From Paraspadella gotoi (taxonomy: Eukaryota > Animalia > Chaetognatha), in NCBI GenBank assembly GCA_051294375.1, contig CM119266.1, forward strand, positions 18,710,087 through 18,774,086: a stretch of DNA of 64,000 nucleotides, in the 5' to 3' direction. A program made the position numbers and the translations under genes. Positions 23,401 through 35,400 of this stretch are shown here, in pieces; positions within the stretch are counted from its first letter, which is position 1, and every line of letters begins with the position of its first letter. The notes beneath the pieces are model-generated. The model had not been told where the DNA came from and did no database searches. It saw only the letters and a list, made by a program, of their open reading frames with translations.

Positions 23401-26400
23401 CTAATCATTAAGTTTTAAAACAATATTTATCTTTGTTGTACATTGCACAATGTATTATTTTTCAAGTTCTCTCTCTCCTTCTCTCTCTCTCTCTCTCACC
23501 ATTTCAATCTTCTTTTCACAAACTGGCTCTATTGTTTCACCTTAATCTGTCCTCACAATTGAACACTATCCTTCTCAACTCTTGTGTTGGAAACTTTGCC
23601 CTCTCTCTCTCTCTCTCACTCTTTCTTTATGCACATTAATTTGTTTCCAAATTCACTAACTTTTTTTTATGCTGGATAGAAGGCTTGTAGTTAAGCCGAA
23701 ACATGTCCGTTTTTATAAAATAAAATCGTTGTTGAAAATTCATTTCAAACTTTTCTAATAAATTATTACACAACGAAAAGAAAGGATTATACCACAATCT
23801 ATTGTATTATTCTTTTCTTTTTCGTTGAGTTTAGAGATTTAGAAATGGTTTGAAATTTTGTTTCAACGAATTTATTTATATATGCACATATTTCGACTCT
23901 TTTGGTTGCGAGTCTTCATCAGCGTTAACAGTTTTGATATAAGTTTACATAATTGTGCAGAAGAAGGGAGAGTGAGAGAGAGAGAGAGAAAAATAGAGAG
24001 AGGGCAAAAAGTTTCCAAAACAGAGATAGTGGTTAAAAGGTGAGGACAGTTTTTAAGGTTAAGACAGATCAGTTGTGAAAAGAAGTGTTGGAAACAGTTT
24101 TGTACCACTCATTATTATTCTCGGGATAAGAACAACAGACCTATTCCGTTCGTGAACCCCCATGTCTCTTGAGCACCATGCGTCAATGTTGTTAGATATT
24201 GGATTTTTATCAGGTCTTGTCAAACCAAAACACACACGTTTACTCCAATTTTCATCAGCATTTTTTCCCATGTCCAAATTGTACCTGAGGCCAAAACTTT
24301 AGGAATAAACTTCATGAGTTACACATGCACAAAGCTTATTGCCTTGAAGTTTGCGTTTGTTACCCTTTCCTATCCTATACTTTTCTTTCTCTGAAGGACG
24401 ATCATTGAGAGATATAATGAATTATTATCATCGCATCAATTATTAATTTACTTCGATTACATCAATAACTTTTCACCATTATGATAATAATCTTATAATT
24501 TAAATTCTTATAAATTATTATTAATATTACGTTTTTAAATTGATACCTAAACTGAAAAAAAATTGCAACAAAAACAAAGGACACTAACGTCAATATAGTA
24601 GGAACATTTATAAAACGTTAAAAACTAATTCTGAAAACAAAAGTTGAAACCGTTTAATTATAAAACTAATTCAGTAAAAAGAAACAAAACAAAAATACAT
24701 CTTTAACAGTATTTGTTTTAAAAAGTATCGGTAATTTTTTTTTAATACCAAAAACAATATTAACAAAATCAATAACAACGTTAAATAAATAAAACTAACA
24801 TCAAAGGTAAACAGAAAACAAAACACTAACATAAAAATAGAAAGATCAATAAAACGTTAGGAACTATTTATTAAAAACTACGAACTTTTTAAAATGTTTT
24901 TGTTTTATTAATGAAAAATTTAAAAAAATAAAATTCAGCCAATAATGATGATGATGATGATTTTTTAAGGTTTTTTCTATTTTTAACCAATTTATTGTCA
25001 AAATTTGAAAAAATTAAAGTACTAACTTTCATTTAACTTTTTAAGCTCTACAAGAACCCGTTCTTAAAAAAATCAAATTTTAAAAATTTTTTGTTGTCAT
25101 TTGTTATATATTAATAAATATTTAAAAGCTTCAGTGCAACAACCCAATGAACTAATTCAAAAAGTTACTTTGAAAATCGATTTAGTAGTAGAAGGAAAAA
25201 AGAAATTTTTTTGAGAGAAGTTATAAAAAGTTATAAAGTTATAAAAAGTTATAAAAAGTTATAAAAAGTTATAAAAAGTGTTCAATTTTGGCCCGCACGC
25301 CTTACTAAGATATATTTGCATGTGATTAAACAATGTTATCAGAATAATAATTTTTATCAATTTTATGTATTTTGTAAGTATTTTAAGTATTTTTATTCAG
25401 TGAGTAAAATAACAACTTTTTTTATTCGCTAATTTTTATCTGCGGACTCTGTCTGTCCTCTTTCTCTCCTCTCTCTCTCTCTCCTCTCTCTCCTCTCTCT
25501 CTCTCTCTCTTTGCAATTGCAACGATCCTTATGCTCATTTTTTCTGCTCTCTCTCTCTCCTCTTTCTCTCTTTGCAATTGCGACGATCCTTATGCTCATT
25601 TTTTCCGCTCTCTTTCTTTTCTCTCTCTTTCCTCTCTCTCTTTCTCTCTTCTTTGCAAATTGCGACGATCCTTATGCTCATTTTTCTGCTCTCTCTCTCT
25701 CTCATCTCTCTCTCTTTTGCAATTTGCGACGATCCTTATGCTTTTAGGATTTTTTTTAACTTGCATCATTTTTCTTCTCTGCTTGAATCATTTTTCAACT
25801 TGCATAATTTTTTAAAATTGCCATTCATTTTCCACATTAATTAATTAATTAATTAGTTAATTAATTAATTAAAACATTTATTAGTAATTCATAAATTAGT
25901 AATAAAAATAATAAAGATTAAAGTAAATGTGACTTATGTTTTTTACATTTAAACTCATTTCCACTGGCACAATTCCGTCAAAACTTTATATCTAGCTTCT
26001 TCACAACACTTTTCTACCCGCTCACAAAATTTCATCTCAATTATTATGGGTTAATAAGTAAAAAATATTCAAGTAAATGTGACTCATATTTTTTTTCATT
26101 TAAACTCATTTCCACTCGTACGTTTCCACCGAAACTTTATAATCAAGCGTCGTTACACATTTTTCTACCCACAACAAACAAATTGAACTCAATCTATCCA
26201 TCATTTATGATTAATTAGAGTACTTATTAGTTGAAATATAAAAAATACTTTAGTAAAATGCGACTTATGTTTTTTTCCACTTAAACTCATTTCCACTCAC
26301 ACGACATTCCGTCAAAACTTTATATCCAGCTTTCCTACCCCACACAAAAATTTCATTCCAATCCAACCAGCCAATCACGAGTTATTGGAGCTTTTTGCTA

Positions 26401-29400
26401 AGGTGGACGGATGGACGGATTGATTGACTGATTAATTAATTATTGATTAATTAATTGACTAATTGATTAAATTAACTGATTAATTATTTGATTTATTAAT
26501 ACATCCTGCATATACATTTAATATAAAAGGAAAAAGAATCATAATCAATAAGAGAAACAGGTTTTTGTTTTTTTCATTTAAACTCATTTCCACTCAAAAG
26601 ATTCCATCGAAACTTGGTTTCCGGTTCAATCACACTTTTCTACTCACATACAATCCCCAGTTCAATCGATAATTAAGTGGTAATAAGCTAACTTGGTCAA
26701 CTTGCATAATTTTAATCAACTTGCATAATTTGGTCAACTGACTTATTTGGTTAACTGACATAATTTGGTCTACTGACATAATTTGGTCAAACTGACATAA
26801 TTTGATCAATTAAGATAATTTGGTCACCGGCATAATTTGGTCACTGAGGCATAATTTTTATCAACTGGCCTAATTTGCTCAACTGGCATAATTTGGTCAA
26901 CACATAATTTGGTCAACTTGCAGAACTTGATCATTTTGCAGAATTTGGTCAACTGGCATAATTTGGTCAACTTTAAGAATTTGGTCAACTGGCAATATTT
27001 TTGTCAATTGGCATAATTTGGTCAATAAACATCAATCAATCAAATCAATCAGAGAGAGATAGAGAGAGAGAAACTTAAAAAAATTCAAATAAATGTGTCT
27101 TTTTGGTTTCTAATTTGAACTCTTTCCACTCAATACGATCCATCAAAAAATTATATCCAGCTTTATCACATTACTTTCCTACCCACAACACAAATTCAAT
27201 TTTGATTTATCTATCCAATTTTTAATAAACATAATAATTATGAGTAAATTTAAGTAAAAATACTTCAAGTAAATATGACTTTTGTTTTTTCCATTTTAAC
27301 TCATTTCCACTCGCACGATTCCATCTAAACTTTAATATACCTCAGCTCAACACACACTTTCCTACCATCATACAAAATTTCAAGTCAATTGCCCTATCCA
27401 CTCATGAGCAATTGGCGTTCACATAGTGAAAATATATTTTTTTGTTTTTTCCATTTAAACCAATTTCCACTCGCACGATTACCTCTCGAAACTTCATATC
27501 CATCTCAATCACAGAGTTTCCTACCCCACACACAAAATTTCATACCAATCCATCCATCCAATCACAAGTAATTGGAGTTTTTTGCTAAGGTGGGACGGAG
27601 ACGGACGGAACGGACGGACGGGACGGACGGACGGACGGACCGACGTACGTACGACGTACGGACGGCACGGACGGACATCGTTTTTTTTGCATAATTAATC
27701 ATAATTCGATGTTCTGACATGATATAAGTGTGTGTGCCCGACAATATTGAGGGGCGGCGAGGGCCGAACGCGAGACCGACGAAATGTTGAGTTATAGAGT
27801 CGCGGAATCCATCTGCTGATAAGACAGATCCGACTAACGATGAGAAACTTATGAAACGTTGATTACGAAACGGTCTGTCTTAACAGATTTTGANNNNNNN
27901 NNNNNNNNNNNNNNNNNNGACGGACGGACGGACGGACGGACGGACGGACGGACGTACGTACGTACGGACGGACGGACGGACATCGTTTTTTTTGCATAAT
28001 TAATCATAATTCGATGTTCTGACATGATATAAGTGTGTGCCCGACAATATTGAGGGGGCGGACCGACGGACCGACAAAGTGAGTTATAGAGTCGGGATCT
28101 GCTGATAAGCAGATCCGACTAATAGAAACGTTATTGAAACGTTAACAAGTTTGAGCAAACGATGCCGGATCTGCCCACGATCATTAGTTAAAACATTAAT
28201 TAATTACACATTAATTAATAAATGTTTGTTTTTAGGTTTTTTTCGGCAGGTCACAAACCACGAAAAAAACGACGATGATGGCGACGACGACAACTAGATA
28301 CTAGATAAACCAAAAAATTGTCTATTACTAATTTAAGAAAACAATTTTGCCCAATTTCGACCCTTAGTGGACGAGTCACGAGAAGAACACTCTCGAAAAA
28401 TGGGTAGCAATCTGGAAACTTATCTTAATAGTAATAATACTTCTGAACTATCGAAAACCTATAGTAGGGGGAGCCGCACTCAATGGGGTGAGTGCAAAAT
28501 TTAGAGTGAGTACAAGCTCAAACGAAAATTTATATATTTTTAAGTATACTTTCAATGGACAAAAAATTTCTTATATGGCTCTATACCCTAGTAATTATTT
28601 TTTAAATTTTTATTTATAGATAGGAAAGGCCAAAAATTTTTTTTATAAATTTTATATTTTAAAATCAGATTCAGGTAGCTTATAAAAAGTTGTCAACACA
28701 AAGTATAATTTTTTTTGGAATATTTTTATGATAAGTAGGTCAAAAATAAGAAAAAACCATAAAAAATCGTCATCATTATCATCTTTTGATGATTTTATCA
28801 GTTTTTTAACATTTTTACTAAGAAAACGTAAGAATTTTTAAAAGCTGTAATTATATTTTTTGTTTAACTTTTTATGCTCTATCAGAATCCATTAAAAATT
28901 TTAAGATTTCCAAAAAAAATTTTTTTCTTTATATAGTAATATAATAATTTTAATTAGGCTAGTACCCTCAGAAAAAATAATATTTGACAAAAAATATTTT
29001 AATACTATAAGCTATGCTCATGATAGATTATTTTAACGTTTTATACATTAGCCTTTAAATTTCATCGGCTATAGCTGGCTATAGTGTTATATATTAGGGT
29101 GGAGTGATGAAAATATTGAGCGATTGAACATTATTTTTATGCTGCCTATGGACATATAATTAACAAATTTTAATTTTTTAAAAAATTTTGTTAGTATAAC
29201 AGCATAGTAAATTTAATTATTTATGTAGTAATATCCTTATAAAATTGTTAAGTTTTCAAAAGATTAGATTCGCCGTAAAAAATTAAGAAACTTTTATAAA
29301 ATAAGTGATATGATATTTTAATGTTTAGATCGCAAAATATGACTAAAAGGTTTTAACATATATAAGTTTCTACTACAGAGAATAAAAAATTATAAATTTT

Positions 29401-32400
29401 TACTTTTTTCCTGTTTTAAATGCTGAAGATGACATAATTTTTGATAATGTTTTTAAGGAATAACAGATTCATGCTGATGAAGACTCTCAACCACAGAGTC
29501 GAAACATGTCCCTATGAAATAAAAATTCGTTATTACACATTAAAAATCTGTTATTCCTTAAACACAAACACAACAAAAAAGAAAGAATCACAACAATGAT
29601 AATGTTTTATATTTTTCATTCAACTTTTTATGAAGAATCTGAATCTTTATTAAAAGTTTGAAAAAAAATTATTTTTAAAATTTATTATTTTATAAGAATA
29701 TTACTACAAATATATTATATTTTATTATTCTGTTCCCGAGACAATATGAACAAAATATTTTTTGTACTAGTTAATCATATTATCTCACATTTAAATATCG
29801 TTGTTCGATCATTCAAATATATTTTTTGTTCTCTACTATACATTAAGGCGTAGTAAAATTCCTAAATTCAACTTTAATCAAAATTCTAAAAGTGAGGAAC
29901 GAATAACATTATACTAATGAACATTTATGTAATAAAAAAATTTATAATAAATTTTACAATTTACGTAGTAGGCCATATTTATACTAGTACTAAACCAATA
30001 AATTTTAAAATTTCAAAACAGTTTTTTTAAAGATTTTGTTGCAGATTTGGATTCGTCATAAAAAGTTGATAAAAAGAAATATAACTCTTTTTGAAAAATT
30101 CCTTCATTAAGTTGGTCAAAAATTATAAAAAGCTATATTTTAAGCTGAAAATAAATTTTTTATATATTAAATATAGTTTTTTTAATTTTGATCCCACTTA
30201 ATGAAAGAATTTTTAAAAATGATTTATATTTTCTTTTATCAACTTTTAACGAGGAATTCAAATCTGCAATCAAAATTAAGAAAAGCCCAATTTGAAATTT
30301 TTTGATTTTATAAGGATAGTACTATATATAAATATAGCCTACTGCGAAAATTAAAAAACATAAAATTAATTTTTTTTACAAATTAATGTTCACTGATGGT
30401 ATGTTGTTCATAATTGACTTTTAGAATTTTCGTATGCAACTTTCACTACGCCTTACTATACATGCTAAAAATGGTATTTCCTTCTGGATCCGAAATGTTC
30501 AACCAAAAGAGAAATCTGGCTTCTCGCTCGAAAACAGGCTCTGTCTAGTGTCTACGAAGGATCGTCTTTATGTTTATTTTAATATTACTTACGCTATATG
30601 GCATTTTATATTACAGGCATCTCCTCCATGCATCTCGTCACAGATGCAGCGATCATTAACCGTGTCACAAACAGAAAATTTACTGCAGAACTTAAGAGGG
30701 TATGATCCACAATAGATATCTTCACAGTTGTTGCTCGTGTAACCATCGCTACAGCGACAGTATCCTTGTCCTTTGGTGCCTTTGGGCGCGCAAATGCCGC
30801 CATTGAAACAAATTTTTTTGTCGGCTCCATGGTCACAAGTGAAAATGTCACACTTTGGGCCGGTAATGGTCATAGGTCGACCCTGATCATACATGACCTT
30901 ATAGTCGTATTCATCGTGAGGACAAGAGCACCTTTGAATGTTAAATTTTCCAATATCAATATTGGATTATTCATTAAGCTGTAAAAATTCTTTAGTTAAG
31001 CAAAAGGGCGAAGTTTCAAGTTAAAATTATCAATTTGTTAAAATAAAATGTTAAAATAATTGGCACAACCAACATAAAAAAAATCTTAAAAGTATAAGGA
31101 TCTCGCCAAAGAATAGTATTAATGAAAAAGTACTATAATCTAATTTGCATGTTGCAGTAAATCACAATGAAGTGGAAATTCAACCAAAAAATACTTGAAT
31201 CGATATGAAACAAAGAAAATGGGCACACATATCAACTCCCTCACTGCCTCACTAATGAAACTTGATCACTAGATACATTGTTTGGTAGTTAAACCATAAA
31301 CCTGCAAAAATAGGCAGTAAAATAGCATACAATCTGGCATATTCAAATTGTTAAAAAAAATTTTAGTTTTTTGATCAACAACATTGGACAGAGCAATGAA
31401 AAAGATTTCCTCTGACAATGAAATCTGTATTAAATATGCTATTTATTTATTTTATTATTTATTTCTTTGATAAAAATCATGTTAATTCCAGTACAATTAT
31501 TTGAGACCAGGAACGGATTGTTAGCATTTATACAATAAAGCCAAAGTATTTGGTTAATACCAATTTTTCTCTGAAATGCTTGTGTAGTTCTGTAATACTA
31601 AAAATGGCGATAATAAAATGAAATAATAATAATAATAATAATAAAAGGAAAAAAATAATCAGAATTTTTTCAAAAAAAGAACAATGACGCAAGTGATAGT
31701 GCTATGATAGTCATTCATTGATGCGATGATAATCATTCATTGATGCGATGATAGTCCTTCATTGATCGGATGATGATCATTCATTGATGCGATGATAGTC
31801 ATTCATTGATGCAATGATAGTCATTCATTGATGCGATGATAGTCATTCATTGACGCGATGAGTCAATTAGAGAGAGAGAGAGAGACAGAGAGAGACAGAG
31901 AGTGAGACTTCGAAATCGGGAATCTAATTTGACGCCGTTGTTCAAATAAGAGACAGAGAGAGAGAGAGAGAGAAAGAGAGAGTAGCTGCCCCGCAACGGC
32001 CACGAAATCTAGGCCAAGTAAGTTATTGTATTTTGGGATTTTGTATTAAGAAAAAAGCGCGGAATAAATGGCTATAATAAGTTTTTAGAAAGAAAAAAAT
32101 AATCATATTTTTTTCAAAAAACGAACGGTCACGCAAGAGATCATACAGAGAGAGAGAGACAGAGAGAGACACAGAGAGAGACAGAGAGAAACAGAGAGAG
32201 ACAAATCTGGACAGCTGCTGGAAGGCCGCTGTACAGTCACTGCAGAGCCTGAACTCGTTTTTTCAGAAAGAATTTTTTTTGGGATTTTGTATTGAAAAAA
32301 AAGCACGGAATAAATTGCGATAATAAAAGTTTTTAGAAGGAAAAAAATAATAAATTTTTCAAAAAACGAACGATCACGCATGAGATCGTACAGAGAGAGA

Positions 32401-35400
32401 GAGAGAGAGAGAGAAACAGAGAGAGACAAAAAAAAAATATATATATATATATTATATAATTAAAGAAATAAAAGAAAGTCAAAAATATGTTACAATTGGT
32501 TTACAATTGGTTTACAATTGGAAATTTTTCTAATTTTTTCCAATCATAAGTTGTAAAAGATTTTATTTTTATTTGTATTAAAATTAAGATATAGCTTCTC
32601 ATTAAAAAGGACTTTTGATTTCCCATATTTATTATAGATTTAAAATTTTTTTTTTGAATTTCATCTTCAATATTATATACTGCAAAATGTAAATTAGATT
32701 AAAGGATTTCAATATACTAATTTGGATATTATAATGAGTTCTATAATCTCATTTGCATATTGCAGTAAATCATAATGAAGTGGAAATTCAAACAAAAAAT
32801 ACTTAAATCCAAATGTATTAAAAAAATATCAAAGCTATTTCAAGATGAGAAGCCATATCTAAATTTTTAACTTACTATGATCGCACACTTTTGTAAAACT
32901 TCATCATAATTCATAATAATTTTTATTTAAAAAAAAAGGTAAGTCCCAGCCAAAACTATAAAAGCGCAGTAGTTTTTATATAAATACAGCGCGACGACGA
33001 CGACGACACAAAGAAGATTCCCTGGAGGCATCAAAATTCGATGACATATCTCGTAAGCAAACTCTCTACCAACTTTTATTGCCCTACCATGTTATAAAGC
33101 CATTAACCAATACTAATTTATCATGCAAGTATGACCCATTTTAGTTGAATATAATTTATTAAATGAATGGATAATGTTTATATTAGTTGTACCAATTTCG
33201 TAAAATAATTTGTGAGAACTTTGTTGTAAAAAGTTTTAAATTCTACTGCATATATTAGTTTAAGATTTTACTGCTTGTTTAAAAAAAATTAGAGAATTAT
33301 TGTTGCTTCTTCCTGCGAATGATGTCAAACCTGCTTTCACAACGAAGAGGTCGGTTCTTTTCAAAATCCTTCTGCTTTATGTTTTTGAGACTAGAGCCAT
33401 TAGGGAAACTAGGCCAATCGTTAGGGTAGCATTGCTTTGTCTCACAAAATCCCCTGAATTAAAAACAAATTAGTATTATTGTAACACTTTTGCGCATAAG
33501 TGGCGTAGTCGTCGTCGTCTTGTCGTCGTCGGCGTCGTCGTTGTCGGCGTTCCAAATTATAGATCGCCTTTTTTATGATTAAATTTGGGTGTATGCAGCT
33601 GAAAATTTATATACAGCTTCTCATCATCGATGTGCTTAAAATTGAGTCTGGACAGTTATTAAATATGTTTTGTTTACCTTTTATCAAAACAAACAAATTT
33701 TTTTTCTTTTATTTTTTTATTTCTTTCTCTCTCTCTTTTTTCTTTTAATTACATGTCTCTCTCCCTCTCTCTTTTCCTTAGTCACTGATTCATAGAGAAA
33801 GGGGAAAAAAACGAGTCTGCAGCTGGCGCTGCAGGGGCTTATTCTTTTTCTCTCTTTTCTCCTGCTGCTTCTGCTGCTAGCTTGCTGCCTTTTGATTTCT
33901 TTCTCTGCAGCTGGCTCTGCAGGGGCTTATTCTTTTTCTCTCTTTTCTCTTGCTGCTTCTGCTGCTGCCTTTTGATTTCTTTTTTTTTTCTGGGTGCCTC
34001 TGCTGCTAAAAACGATTTGGCTTCCTTCTCTCTTTCTCTCTCTGATTATTTTTTTCCCTCTAAAAACTTTTATTATCGCCATTTATTCCTAAATTTACAT
34101 CCGAGATTTTTGTGAATTTTTTTTCCTAAATATTCTAAATATCAATCATAATAATATTTTTTTTAATATTTATTTACTTTATTATTTTATTTTACTTTAC
34201 TTCATTTTACTTCACTTTAGTCTTTACTTGATTCAAGTTTTACAGTCTTTTGTCTGGGAATATTGACAGTGTTTAGAGAGATCGCATTCGATTAAACTGC
34301 TCACTTATGCGGGCTAAAACAAAAGTACCTTCAGTAATGTCTCTCCAGACTTCACACTTGCTAAAAAATTAAACTCGAAAAGAAGTTATTTTACTGTTTT
34401 ATATTTATTATTCTTTATTTTATTTCTTTATTTATTATTTTTTTTTTAATTTTTTTTTTATTTAATTTTTAGTTTCTTCATTTTTCTCAAATTAGATTTT
34501 TTTAGTATCAAAATCCAGATTTTTCTTATGCGATTGCGACGCTCCTTATGCTTTTAAGATTTTTTTTCAGGGTTTTTTAGGTTTTTGTTCAGACTTTTTA
34601 TGCTTCATCATTGTCAACAGGAATGTGTTGTTAGGCAATATAGGCTGAAAGACGCTCATTCTTCAAGTAGGTCCGATTAAAATTTAGGATTTTTTCTGCA
34701 ACTATTCTTAAACAGCGTCTTTGGTATTATCAGATTTAAAATGTCATTATGTTGCGTTAATAAAATTATATTATCTAATATCGTTTTTTTAAACACTCTT
34801 AAAACTTGAATTTGAACTGCTCTTTCTACGAACCTAAATAAGCAGTCTCCAACGGATTGAAAATCTGTCCAATCCTGATACGGTTCCAGAATCTCATATC
34901 GACATATATCATCCAACTGAAGAGGACGACAAAACTCCGTCGTTTTACGAATCCACCACCTAAATTTTGCCAGGTAATCATTAACATAATGCTTTAGACG
35001 GTCTCGCCTCATTTATTGTGAAACTGAAAGTGTAATTTTTTAAAGTAAATTCTTCAGCCCTTAACGCATCAATCTTTTCTTTTATTTCTTTTATTTGTTT
35101 TATTAATTAAAGAATATTCTATATTTATCAGTGAGATGAAATTAAATTAAAAGTATTCGAAATCCAAAATCATTGTTTAAAATACCCGAAGCGGAATGTT
35201 GGAAATGAAAAATAACGAATTTTAATTTATGTTTTTAATGTAAAAATTGTGGGGGGGGGGAATACTATATTTGAAAAGCTTGGCATTTTACAATTCGAAA
35301 GGGCGGTTCTTTAATTGTTTAGGATCGATGGAAAAAAGTGCCAAGCTGTTACCAAATTTTAATTTGATTGGTTGTGACACAATTTATAAAAAAACAAACA

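Noticed and set aside
25511-25844. Leu/Ser/Phe-rich or Glu/Arg-rich ORFs (also 8781-9005, 21728-22066, 32103-32429, 46401-47111)
   Set aside because: Translations of (CT)n/(GA)n microsatellites in repeats.
27590-28140. Tandem duplication of a HINE terminus
   Set aside because: The copies flank a 25-N gap and the left one is indel-ridden; likely an unmerged overlap artefact.
34677-35012. 111-aa ORF as an exon of the EGF gene
   Set aside because: Its reading frame is not phase-compatible with the upstream exon, and the flanking exons join without it; left unassigned.
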